From assembly GCA_965208835.1 (NCBI GenBank), contig OZ242358.1:4000001-4064000 (forward strand): DNA of 64,000 nucleotides. The letters run 5' to 3'. The position numbers were made by a program, and so were the translations under genes. Below the pieces are notes generated by a model. That model had not been told where the DNA came from. It worked only from the letters and a program-made list of their open reading frames with translations, and did no database searches. This DNA comes from Candidatus Latescibacterota bacterium (lineage in GTDB: Bacteria > Latescibacterota > UBA2968 > GCA-2709665). Shown in pieces: positions 39,309-49,065 of the stretch. Every line of letters begins with the position of its first letter. Positions within the stretch are counted from its first letter, which is position 1.

Positions 39309-40670
39309 GCGGGCAACCACAAGGGTTGCCCCTACAAATGCAAACGCGGCGTTACGAGGGCAGCATGCCCTCGGTCCCGGGTGTTGTAAAACGCGACAGT
39401 CGCCCACATAAGTGCATGATACGGAATATTTGTTGAACTTGCGTTGAATTCTTAAGCCTATTCGTTGATTTTATGGTGAAATACGTCGCATTTTGCGTCA
39501 GAGAGGCCACAACGATGCGACGGTAGCTGGATTTCACAGCCGTCTATCGAAATTGCGTTCAGACAATCAACGGGAAGTCAACCGGCGGTGCATGGGGACG
39601 GAAGGATTGCAGCGCCTGAAAAATCCCTTTGCAACGGCAAGACGTCAGACGAGGTAAGAGGGCCGCCTGCAGCCCAAACCTGGGTTTGGCGCCACACGGG
39701 CGACCGGCCGGTCGCCCCTACGGAGCCTAGGCGTGGAAACGTGTACAGAAATCGCCAATGACCGTACAACCAAAAACATAAAGCCTTTCCGTTTACGTCA
39801 GCGCGGAGACCTGGCAGGAACTGAAACGACGGTTCGAGGGCAGGATGCCCTCGGTCCCGGGAGGAATAAAGCAGCTGACAGCTATTGGTGTACAGCCGTC
39901 AGCCAGGAACAAGAAGCAACAAGCCCGCCCGACCATCCCCGGCCACCGGCAAAACGCAAGGCGTTGGGGTGCCCGCGTACAGGGCTCCCGATAGTAACCT
40001 CAATCGTATCAAAACAGTTGCTTTTCGCCGGGAAGTTGTCTATATCTTGCTAGGCGCCGTGACGGACCGGCGCCCGGGTGACGAGACCGCATTGTGCCCG
40101 TTCGGACCGCACGGGTGCCCTGTTTAGACGGCGCCCTTCGACCGATCCAAGACAAACCGGAGCATATTCCCCGCATCCACGACGTTATCGAGGGCAGGTT
40201 GGAATCCAGATACCGCCTGATGCGTTAATATTTGCAAGGGAGTTTTCAATGCTTAACACTACCTTTGGGATTGTGAAAGATGGCAGAATCGAAACTCTGG
40301 AACGCATCCCGTTGCCCGAAGGAAAGAGAGTATTGGTAACGATCTTGCCCGATGACGATGCGTTCTGGCGTGAAGCCAGCGGGGAATCCCTGGAGCAGAT
40401 TTGGAACAATGATGAGGACGATGTTTATGTCCGATTAATCGACCAATGAAGTAGGGGCGACCGGCCGGTCGCCCCTACACGAAAACAAGAAGGAATCGGT
40501 AAGGTGGAAGCGGCAAGAGACGAACACCGTTAAGTGACAGGGATCGTCGAAGACGCCCTTCCATATATGCGCCTTTACGCGGGAAACCACAAGGGTTGCC
40601 CCTCCAAATGCAAACGCGGCGCATCGAGGGCAGGATGCCCTCGGCCCGGGATGTTGCGAAATGCGACAGT
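39309..40670 (+). repeat. ~90-bp direct repeat (39309-39400 and 40578-40670) built from REP-like hairpins
   Basis: GG(C/A)AACCACAAGGGTTGCCCCT(A/C)CAAATGCAAACGCGGCG...GAGGGCAG(C/G)ATGCCCTCGG; the GAGGGCAGGATGCCCTC hairpin also occurs at ~39836 and ~41830. Confidence 0.7.
40249..40449 (+). CDS. small antitoxin-like protein (AF2212/DUF104-like), orphan
   Basis: GIVKDGRIE..E...LPEG.RVLVTIL...W...S..SLEQIWNNDEDDVY; GGGAG RBS. Confidence 0.6.
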   Translation: MLNTTFGIVKDGRIETLERIPLPEGKRVLVTILPDDDAFWREASGESLEQIWNNDEDDVYVRLIDQ

Positions 40671-40701
40671 GATCCGAAAGTAGGCGTGGACATCGCACAT
40701 T

Positions 40702-41679
40702 TCACACCCCGGCGCCGCTCTTCCCATACATCTCCCCCGCCGCGATCATATCCTCTGCGATCTCCTGTCTCAGTTCTTCCGGCGCGAGGACCTCGCACTC
40801 CGGCCCCCAGCTTCGAATCCAGGGTTTCATCTCGAGCGTGTGTTTCACCCTGAGCCGCATCCTGCACCCGCCGTCCGGCTCGTCCGTCACGTCCACCACG
40901 CCCGGCCAGTCCGATTCACGCACGCGGTACGCGACCTTCCCTGAAAACCGAAGTACGACGTCCACGACTTCGTCGCCGCCCATGATGCCCCACGAGTGCT
41001 CGAGGAATTCGTACGGATCGAATCCATCCCTCGTCTTGAATTTCGTCTCCAGCAGCGTCGCCCGTTCAATTCGCTCCACTTTGAACTCTCGGATGTCCAG
41101 CCGCAAATGGTCATATCCGATGACGTAGCAGGCGTATCCCACGGGCGACGGCTCGATGAAGTACGGATCTACCGTACGATCTGTGGTTTCGCCAGTCTGC
41201 GGATTGTGGTAGATCATCCGAACCTGCCTGCGTTCGGACCATGCGTGCGTGAGCGTCTCCAGAACGCGCAAATGGTCGCGATCCGGCCTGCGCCTGTCGG
41301 CGACCGCGGCCGTTCGATTGATGTGTTCGCCGATGGACTCCGGCATTGCGCTCGCGAGCTTTTCGAGTGCAGACACGACGTGCGGATTGTGTTCGTCGCT
41401 GTGCGCGGAGAGCAGGCGCGCGGCCAGGTAGAGCGCCAGGGCTTCGTGCAGATTGACCCGTACGGTGGTCAGATATCGTTCCTTCAGCACACCGAACCGC
41501 CCGTCATCCTCCCATATCGGCGACCCCGATTCGCCCAGCGACTGAATGTCCCGGTACACCGTACTTCGGTGTACGTCGAATCGCGAAGCAATTTCCGTCG
41601 CCTTCCTGCCGCCTGACGATTGGTAGAGATAGGTCTCGATCGCCTTGAGGCGTTCAGCGCGGGTCATTGTTCGTTCCAT
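40702..41679 (-). CDS. WYL-domain transcriptional regulator (HTH-WYL-WCX)
   Basis: N-terminal HTH (EIASRFDVHRSTVYRDI), RTVDPY...YVIGYD..R.DIREFKVERI, WIRSWGPECEVLAPEELR. Confidence 0.9.
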   Translation of the reverse strand: MERTMTRAERLKAIETYLYQSSGGRKATEIASRFDVHRSTVYRDIQSLGESGSPIWEDDGRFGVLKERYLTTVRVNLHEALALYLAARLLSAHSDEHNPHVVSALEKLASAMPESIGEHINRTAAVADRRRPDRDHLRVLETLTHAWSERRQVRMIYHNPQTGETTDRTVDPYFIEPSPVGYACYVIGYDHLRLDIREFKVERIERATLLETKFKTRDGFDPYEFLEHSWGIMGGDEVVDVVLRFSGKVAYRVRESDWPGVVDVTDEPDGGCRMRLRVKHTLEMKPWIRSWGPECEVLAPEELRQEIAEDMIAAGEMYGKSGAGV

Positions 41680-41710
41680 CAGGAATCCTCCACCGGAATG
41701 TAAGTACCGG

Positions 41711-41731
41711 TTGTCGCAAGTATTGCGACAA
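41711..41731. promoter_or_regulatory. palindromic operator upstream of the WYL gene (likely autoregulatory)
   Basis: TTGTCGCAA-GTA-TTGCGACAA, ~30 nt upstream of the start codon. Confidence 0.6.
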
Positions 41732-42228
41732 AAAGCTTTCAGCTATCAGTATACAGCTGTCAGCCAAAAGCCAAAGAGCCAAACGATTGACGTCAGCACC
41801 GTGAGGCGGGAGGTACAAAGTGGCGCGGCGAGGGCAGGATGCCCTCGGTCCGGGGGACAAAGGCAGCGGTCAGCTATCAGTGTACAGCTGTCAGCCAGAA
41901 GCAAAATACAAAAGGCCAGTCGGCTGACGTCAGCGCCGGGTCGTTAGAGGACAAAATGGCGCGCCAAGGGCATAGCGACGGCGTGAGGCGGCCTTGGACG
42001 ATTGGCCAGGCGGGCGAACATGAACCGATCTCATGTATACAGAGCGCTTTCCGCAGATGGCAATCCTCGACTGGACACCATGGAGAAGGTTCTGAACAGC
42101 CTCGGTTTCAGACTGTCTATCGAACCGCTGACAAATGAATAAGGGCGACCGGCCGGTCGCCCCTACGGATACTGCGCATCGGGATGATTCGGTAGGGGCA
42201 ACCCTTGTGTTTGCCCATGTCACGCTGT

Positions 42229-42546
42229 TCAGTCCGTCAACACGGCCGTTCCGCTGACCGAGACCATGAGCATGCTGCCATCCCCAACGACTTCGTAGTC
42301 CAGGTCGATTCCTACGACCGCGTTGGCGCCCTCCTGCCGGGCGGCTTCCTCCATTTCCGAAAATGCGATCTCGCGGGCCTGTTTGAGTTCCTTTTCATAC
42401 GCCGCGGACCGCCCCCCCACGATGTCGCGAATGCCGGCGAAGAAATCCTTGAAGATGTTCGCGCCCAGAATGGCCTCGCCGGTGACGATGCCCCTGTAAT
42501 CACGGATGGTCTTGCCTTCGATGCCGGGTGTGGTGGTCATAATCAT
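42229..42546 (-). CDS. YbjQ/UPF0145 family protein
   Basis: [45 protein letters not shown]. Confidence 0.9.
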   Translation of the reverse strand: MIMTTTPGIEGKTIRDYRGIVTGEAILGANIFKDFFAGIRDIVGGRSAAYEKELKQAREIAFSEMEEAARQEGANAVVGIDLDYEVVGDGSMLMVSVSGTAVLTD

Positions 42547-42629
42547 GGATGGGCCTCCTCAGATCAATTGGACGGTTTGCTGCCGGCTTCGGTGGTCCGG
42601 TATACGGTGTCGGACTGTCCTATCAACGC

Positions 42630-43493
42630 TTATTTGTAGCTGTTATAGACGATCGAGAGCCAGCGGTCGGTACTCATCCAGCCCTGGCCCCACGACTGCC
42701 ATTTCTCCGGGACTCCGGCGGCCTGGATTTCTTCCAGGGTCTTTCCAGCCGCGATGGACGCTTTGACAAGGTTGGCGCACGTTTCCAGCATCTCGAGCGC
42801 AGCCTTCATGTCTTCCGGCCCGGCGAGCGGCCCGTGACCGGGGATTATACGCGCATCCGGAGGGATTTGTTTCAAGAGAGACCGTACGGCCTCAATGTAA
42901 CCCTGAACGTCTCCGCCGCCGCGCAGGTCGACATATGGAAATCTACCGTTGAATAAGAGGTCTCCGGTGTGGACGACATTGGATCCGGTGAAAAATACGA
43001 CGCCGTCGCCATCCGTGTGGGCCTTCGGAAAATGGACGACGCGCAGTTCCTCGCCATTGAAGTGAATCGACAGTCCTCTGTCGAAGGTGATTTCCGGCAG
43101 CGCGGCTTCGGGCAAAGGCCTGTCGTCGACGCGCTTGGCCGCAAGACGGTTTCGGACGTTCCGATGCGCGACGATAACGCCTGTTTTTCCGAAATGCGCG
43201 TTCCCGCCGGTATGGTCGCCATGGTAGTGCGTATTCAGGACGAAGGTCGGATCCCCGCCCCCCAACTCGCCGATGGCTGCGCGGATCTTTCCGGCCAGCG
43301 GCGCGAATTGATCGTCGACAATCAGGACACCGTCCGCGCCCACCGACACGCCGATATTGCCGCCCCTCCCCTCGAGCATATAAATGCTGTCCGTGAGTCT
43401 GGTGGATTTAATCTTGACCGCGGAATAATCCCTCTGCGCGAACGCCGTGCCGGTAACGGCCAGTATCGCGGCTATCGGTAACCAACTGGACAT
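42630..43493 (-). CDS. secreted MBL-fold metallo-hydrolase
   Basis: NTHYHGDHTGGN, AHTDGD, HTGDL, IPGHG; signal peptide. Confidence 0.9.
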   Translation of the reverse strand: MSSWLPIAAILAVTGTAFAQRDYSAVKIKSTRLTDSIYMLEGRGGNIGVSVGADGVLIVDDQFAPLAGKIRAAIGELGGGDPTFVLNTHYHGDHTGGNAHFGKTGVIVAHRNVRNRLAAKRVDDRPLPEAALPEITFDRGLSIHFNGEELRVVHFPKAHTDGDGVVFFTGSNVVHTGDLLFNGRFPYVDLRGGGDVQGYIEAVRSLLKQIPPDARIIPGHGPLAGPEDMKAALEMLETCANLVKASIAAGKTLEEIQAAGVPEKWQSWGQGWMSTDRWLSIVYNSYK

Positions 43494-43934
43494 AGCGAAG
43501 TTCCTCCAGAAGAGGTGAGAAAGGAAGAAGGAAAAAGGAAGAACGAAGAAAAAGAGAAACCATCGTGGAGTCGGCGAAGGGTGTCGAGAGACATCGCGAT
43601 AGTGTAGCGTAACACGGGCATTTCGACAAGCTCAATGACCACGTCTCGATTCACTCGCAATTACAAGCTCACCTTGCACGAGCCGCAATTCGAAGCACCG
43701 TCGACCTTGCGGAGAAGAAAATCGAATGCAAATAACTGAAAACCTGCAGAAGCCTGGCGGGAACGCCGGATCCTCTTCCTTTTTCCTTCTGCCTTCTTCC
43801 TTCCTCATCAAAAAAGGCCCGGAGCCATATTCCCGGGCCTGTTGAAACCATCCTAGCAAATAGGGGCGACCGGCCGGTCGCCCCTGCTCCACGCGAGATC
43901 CGAATCGCCCGAACGTGTACTTTCGCGACTGGCG

Positions 43935-44663
43935 CTACGCCGTCCTTCCGTCGATGGTGCCCACTTCGATCTTCAGCTCGTCCCGGTTCACCACGCGGTC
44001 GACGCGCCCGTCACGCACCCATACCACCCGGTCGGAAACGCTCAGCATCTTGTGGTCGTGCGTGGCCGAAACCACGGTTACGCCCGAATCCTTGTTCATC
44101 TGACGCAACAATTCTATTATCTCCGTTCCGGTCCGCAGATCCAGGTTTCCAGTGGGTTCGTCGGCCAGAATGAGGGCCGGATCGTTGGCGAACGCCCGGG
44201 CAACAGCCACGCGCTGCTGCTGTCCGCCCGATAGCTCGAAAGGCTTGTGCGACACCCGATCGCCCAACCCCACCTTGTTCAGGAGTTCCACTCCCTTGTC
44301 CCTGGCCTCGTCGCTGGTCAGCCCCGCGAATACCATGGGCAACGTCACGTTTTCCAGCGCCGTCATCACCGGAATCAGATTGAACGTCTGGAAAATGTAC
44401 CCGATTTTCCGGCATCTCAACCACGCCAGTTCATAGGCGTCGAGCTGCGCGACGTCTACGTCGTCGATGTACACCTTGCCGTCGCTGGGTTTGTCCAGAC
44501 CGCCAACCATATTGAACAGCGTGGTTTTCCCGGAGCCCGAAGGTCCCATAATGGAAATGTACTCGCCCTGTTCAATTTCGATATCCACCCCTTTCAGCGC
44601 GGACACACGAACGTCACCCATCTCGTAGACTTTTTTCACATCCTGCGTTCGTACGACAGCCAT
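43935..44663 (-). CDS. ABC transporter ATPase (LolD/MacB-type)
   Basis: [37 protein letters not shown]. Confidence 0.92.
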   Translation of the reverse strand: MAVVRTQDVKKVYEMGDVRVSALKGVDIEIEQGEYISIMGPSGSGKTTLFNMVGGLDKPSDGKVYIDDVDVAQLDAYELAWLRCRKIGYIFQTFNLIPVMTALENVTLPMVFAGLTSDEARDKGVELLNKVGLGDRVSHKPFELSGGQQQRVAVARAFANDPALILADEPTGNLDLRTGTEIIELLRQMNKDSGVTVVSATHDHKMLSVSDRVVWVRDGRVDRVVNRDELKIEVGTIDGRTA

Positions 44664-44718
44664 CGTCGACCTCTTTCATGTATTACGGAAACAGGGTCTT
44701 CGACCCGAATCAGGCGCG

Positions 44719-45408
44719 TCAGACCTCCAGACGCATTGCGTCCACCGGCTCCATCTTGGCGGCGCGATAAGCGGGAAGAATTCCGCCCATCAGGGAAAGG
44801 AAGGAACCAAGCACGATCGCCATCAGCCCGCGTTCCAGGATTGTGGGCCACGGTACGTGACCCATGACGCCGGTGCCATACCCGATCCAGGACGTTAGAA
44901 TGGACAGTAGAAAACCCACTGCCACGCCCAGCACGGTACCCGCCATGCCCATAAAGGCGGACTCGAGAATGAACAGTTTGACAATGAATCCATCCAGCGC
45001 TCCCATGCATTTCATGGTGCCGATCTCCCGGAAGCGCTCGGTGACGGACATCAGCATCGCGTTTGTAATGCCCACCAGGCAAACCAGAAGTGAAAGCACA
45101 ACCAGCCAGGTGTTCTTGGCCTCCTCCTGTCGATTGGCTTCGCTCTCCTGACTGATGTCGATTCCCTTCTGTTGTAGAATGAGGTTCATCTTCGGATCGT
45201 TGGCGTTTCGAAGACTGTTGACTATGGAACTGGTTGTCCAGATGGACATCAGAAACGAGATAGCCAGAATTATGCTGCTAACGGTGATCAACGACCGCCC
45301 GAACCGGATTTTCACACTGTTGAAACTGATTTCGACGGCCTTTCTGACTGGCAGTTTGACCTGCGTGCCGATTTCCCGGCGGGCAGGTGACGAATAACTC
45401 TCCGCCAT
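44719..45408 (-). CDS. ABC transporter permease (FtsX/MacB-like)
   Basis: GITNAMLMSVTERFREIGTMK..GA, PAYRAAKMEPVDAMR. Confidence 0.88.
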   Translation of the reverse strand: MAESYSSPARREIGTQVKLPVRKAVEISFNSVKIRFGRSLITVSSIILAISFLMSIWTTSSIVNSLRNANDPKMNLILQQKGIDISQESEANRQEEAKNTWLVVLSLLVCLVGITNAMLMSVTERFREIGTMKCMGALDGFIVKLFILESAFMGMAGTVLGVAVGFLLSILTSWIGYGTGVMGHVPWPTILERGLMAIVLGSFLSLMGGILPAYRAAKMEPVDAMRLEV

Positions 45409-45543
45409 GAACTCCTCCAACCGCTATCTGTAGCCAACGACACGTCGCGGTTCCACATCTGCGCAAATGCGACGCTCGAATGGGTCTATTCGTTGCCGGG
45501 ATTCCCCGGCTGTTTCATCCGGGCCGGCGCCGGTGCGCCCGCC

Positions 45544-47292
45544 CTATCTGACTTCTGCACCGCGCATCGCCGGGACGTGGGTGCGCCCCTGGCGCGTGGA
45601 ATAATGCGTCCGATCCGCAAGCAGCTTTCTCGCCCGGTCGAACAACGCCAGCGTCTGAACGACTTCCGGATCCTGACTCACGGCGACCTTGCCCGCCTCC
45701 CGGTCTCCCCAACGGAATTTCGCGAAATATCGTTTCATCTGCCGCTTGATCAAAGCGATGCCCGATTCGAAATCCGCATCCGAAAAGGTCATGTCGCTTT
45801 CCCACGCCTTGAGGAATTCCTTGAATTCCGTCATTTCGCGCGGACCAGGCGTATATTGCAGAAGATAGGTATCGAAATCCGGGTACGCCCCGGTGAACTC
45901 CGACCCGCGTTTACTGGCGAATTCAAAAAAGTGCCGCCGGGTCAGCCGCTGTTCGAAATCGCCCGGACGCACCGGTTCCAATTCCACGTCGGGTGTGATC
46001 CCGCCGCTGCCGTAAACCTTACGGTTCAGAATCTGTGTGAAATAAACCGGTTGAGAGAGTACGCTGTCCGGATCGGCATTTGGATCGTATCTGTCGTGCG
46101 CCTCCTGCAGATAGGCGCGCCTGTCGCTCGAATACGGACGCTGGATCGGCCGCTCGCTGGGCGTGAAATAGCGCGCAACTGTAAGCAGGACTGCGCCGCC
46201 GTTCTTCAGCGAATATTGCTTTTGAACCAGCCCTTTGCCAAATGTGGTCCTGCCGACGATGAGCCCGCGATCATAGTCCTGAACGGCGCCCGCCACGATT
46301 TCTGAAGCGCTGGCGCTGTAGTTGTCGACAAGCACCGTCAGGGGCATATCGAGAGGAACGATCGGATCGCGATCCGCGAAATGATCTTCGCGGGAACCCC
46401 TTCTGCGGCCCTCTGTATACACCAGGAGGCGGTCCTTTTCCAGCAACTGGTCCGCCACCGCAACAGCCTGCTCAAGGTAGCCGCCACTGTTGCCGCGCAG
46501 ATCGAGGATAAGTTTTCCTGCGCCTTCCTCGACCAGTCCTTCGAGAGCAACCCGCAACTCACTGGACGTACGACTCGAGAACCGGTCGATCTTCACGTAA
46601 CCCACATCCGCATTCAGTTTGAACGCATACGGCACGCTGGGCACTTCGATCTTGTCGCGAATAATCTCAAACGTGAGGGGGTCGGCCACTCCCGATCGAT
46701 GAACCAGAACGATGACCCTGCTGCCCTTGGGCCCCTTAAGCCGCCGTTTCACCTCGTCGGTCTTCCGAATGCCGACCACCGATACCCCGTCGATCTTCAC
46801 GATGCGGTCGCCAGCCTGGAGTCCCGCCTTATAGGCCGGAGATCCGACAATTGGAGACAATACCGTCAACTGGCCCGCGATGATCTCGAAATAAATCCCG
46901 ATTCCCTCGAACGAGCCCTGCATCCTGTCCTGGGTGTCCTGGAGCTCCTCCGGTGAGATATAGGTTGAATGGGGGTCCAGCCGGGAAAGATAGCCTTCGA
47001 TCGCGCCATGAAACAACTCAACCGGATCGGTCGAGTCATAGTACTGGCGCCGCACCAGGTCGGCCAGCTGATCCAGGGTGTGCACCTGCATCGCCGTATT
47101 CACGCGAGGCGCCTCGTCCGCGACGGCCGTCCCCGGGCGACCCGGCCCCCAGACGAGGATCAGTATGGAAACAACTCGAAATACGACCGACATACAGAAC
47201 TTTCGAGAGTCGAGTGTCCTGTCTCGAAAATACATTGGCATTCGGCTGAAAAAAAAGCGTTTCAACTTAACGACGCCATCCTGAGATGTCAA
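45544..47292 (-). CDS. S41 carboxy-terminal processing protease (start uncertain)
   Basis: LDPHSTY, PDZ domain, LILDLRGNSGG, SASASEIVAGA.QD, TFGKGLVQ. Confidence 0.9.
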   Translation of the reverse strand: MTSQDGVVKLKRFFFSRMPMYFRDRTLDSRKFCMSVVFRVVSILILVWGPGRPGTAVADEAPRVNTAMQVHTLDQLADLVRRQYYDSTDPVELFHGAIEGYLSRLDPHSTYISPEELQDTQDRMQGSFEGIGIYFEIIAGQLTVLSPIVGSPAYKAGLQAGDRIVKIDGVSVVGIRKTDEVKRRLKGPKGSRVIVLVHRSGVADPLTFEIIRDKIEVPSVPYAFKLNADVGYVKIDRFSSRTSSELRVALEGLVEEGAGKLILDLRGNSGGYLEQAVAVADQLLEKDRLLVYTEGRRRGSREDHFADRDPIVPLDMPLTVLVDNYSASASEIVAGAVQDYDRGLIVGRTTFGKGLVQKQYSLKNGGAVLLTVARYFTPSERPIQRPYSSDRRAYLQEAHDRYDPNADPDSVLSQPVYFTQILNRKVYGSGGITPDVELEPVRPGDFEQRLTRRHFFEFASKRGSEFTGAYPDFDTYLLQYTPGPREMTEFKEFLKAWESDMTFSDADFESGIALIKRQMKRYFAKFRWGDREAGKVAVSQDPEVVQTLALFDRARKLLADRTHYSTRQGRTHVPAMRGAEVR

Positions 47293-47319
47293 GGAGAAAC
47301 CGCATCCGCCGGGGCGACA

Positions 47320-48045
47320 TCAGCACCCGGATCTCGCGGCCCTGCCTTTCGACCGGGTCAGGGAAAACACGAGAAGCTGCTTGGAAAACAGATAATACTC
47401 CTTGAGATTCAGCTTGCTGGTGCTGTACTGCCGGTTGCGGAACACGTAAGGCACCTCGATGTACGTCGACCAGGTTCCCTTAACCAGTATCTCCAGCAGT
47501 ATCTTATACCCGGGAGAAGTCAGCGTCACACCCCGCAGCACCCGGCGATGCAGGAAAAAATACCCGCTGAGCGGATCCTGTACCCCGGTCAGCTGCCTGG
47601 CTGCCAGTACGCCTGCCTGGGAGATCAGCTTTCGATACCAGGGCCACCTCTCCACACGGCTGTCCGGATTATACCGGCTGCCCAGCGCAAGATCGTTTTC
47701 ACGAAGCCCGAGGATCAAGCGGGGCAATACCGAAGGATCGTGGCTAAGGTCTGCGTCGATCACTCCAAGGCAGTCGCGGTCCGACTTCTGAAATCCCGCC
47801 ATAACGGCGCTGCCCAGTCCGAGTTTTCCTGGGCGGTGTACCACCTGAACGGGATACCGGTCCGCGAGCTTCTCCGCTTCCTCGCCGGTACCGTCCGGAG
47901 AGTTGTCGTCTACGACGATCAATTCAACATCCATCTCCGGAAACCCTCCGACCGCCGCGAATATCTCCTCCGCCAGCAGTGAAATGTTCGGGCGTTCGTT
48001 GTAGGTTGGCGTAATCAGAGACACGCGCAGAGGGGTTTCACCCAT
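47320..48045 (-). CDS. polyprenol monophosphomannose synthase (GT2)
   Basis: PTYNERPN, VVDDNSPDGT, GLGSA, IDADLSHDP, DPLSGYF. Confidence 0.88.
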   Translation of the reverse strand: MGETPLRVSLITPTYNERPNISLLAEEIFAAVGGFPEMDVELIVVDDNSPDGTGEEAEKLADRYPVQVVHRPGKLGLGSAVMAGFQKSDRDCLGVIDADLSHDPSVLPRLILGLRENDLALGSRYNPDSRVERWPWYRKLISQAGVLAARQLTGVQDPLSGYFFLHRRVLRGVTLTSPGYKILLEILVKGTWSTYIEVPYVFRNRQYSTSKLNLKEYYLFSKQLLVFSLTRSKGRAARSGC

Positions 48046-48133
48046 GCCGATCACCTCTTGAGAAAGGTCCCCGCAGGCAGAATGCGGCCCATGCGGAGAT
48101 TGAAGACAGCCGCAGCCGGTAAATGAGGTTCGA

Positions 48134-49054
48134 TCAACCGGCTGCAACACCCATTTTCGTGCCAGTCCGCTTCAGGTTTTCGGAAAAAGATCGCAGCGCC
48201 GGATCGAACAGTTCGCGTGCGAGATCCAGCTTCAGGCCCGCACCGGGGGGTCTGGGCGCAACCTGTCCCAACTCACGGGAAGTCACCGGCACAACCAGAT
48301 CGGTGTCGAGATCGAAACAACGGCAGATCCGCTCGACCATCTCAAACCTGGTCATGATTTCGGGACCCGCAAAATGGATCACGCCCCGGAATTTCCCGCG
48401 GCACAATCCAAGGAGAAATACGGCAAGTTCATCCACGAAGGTGGGATTGGCCCATTCGTCGGTAACGATCCGGACGGTTTCGCCGCGAAGAAGGGATTCG
48501 AGGGCCCACGTCACGAAATTGGGCCTGCAACCCGCGCGATACCCGTAGAGTACCGCCGTTCTGACCACCACTCCCTGGCAGGACGAGGCCAGAACGACCT
48601 CCTCTGATTCCAACTTGGTCCGTCCGTAAACGTTAACTGGATTGACGGGATCGGTCTCCGCGTACGGACCGGACAGACCGTCGAAGACATAGTTCGTCGA
48701 AACGGTCACCAGGCCGACGCCTGCGTCTTCACACGCCCGAATCAGGTTTCGGGTTCCGCATACGTTGACGCGGTGCGCCAGGTCGGGACTACGCTCACAT
48801 CGGTCCACGCCAGCTTCAGCGGCCGCATTGACTATCCAGTCGGGACGCACCTGCGAAACCGCACGGACAACTGACTCCGCATCCGTGACGTCCATACGGA
48901 CACAGTCCGACCCCAGAAACGGCGGCTGGGGGTCCCGCGCGGCGGCAGTCAGGAATAAACCCTGAAACGGCACGTCACACAGCGCCCGACCCAGAAACCC
49001 GGAAGCTCCCACGATCAATACTTTTCCATTTGACCCTTTACCCATCGACTCCAC
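48134..49054 (-). CDS. dTDP-4-dehydrorhamnose reductase-family SDR (RmlD-like)
   Basis: GASGFLG, NAAA..VD.CE, STNYVFDG, YGRTK, NPTFV. Confidence 0.85.
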   Translation of the reverse strand: MESMGKGSNGKVLIVGASGFLGRALCDVPFQGLFLTAAARDPQPPFLGSDCVRMDVTDAESVVRAVSQVRPDWIVNAAAEAGVDRCERSPDLAHRVNVCGTRNLIRACEDAGVGLVTVSTNYVFDGLSGPYAETDPVNPVNVYGRTKLESEEVVLASSCQGVVVRTAVLYGYRAGCRPNFVTWALESLLRGETVRIVTDEWANPTFVDELAVFLLGLCRGKFRGVIHFAGPEIMTRFEMVERICRCFDLDTDLVVPVTSRELGQVAPRPPGAGLKLDLARELFDPALRSFSENLKRTGTKMGVAAG

Positions 49055-49065
49055 CGCACAGGTTA

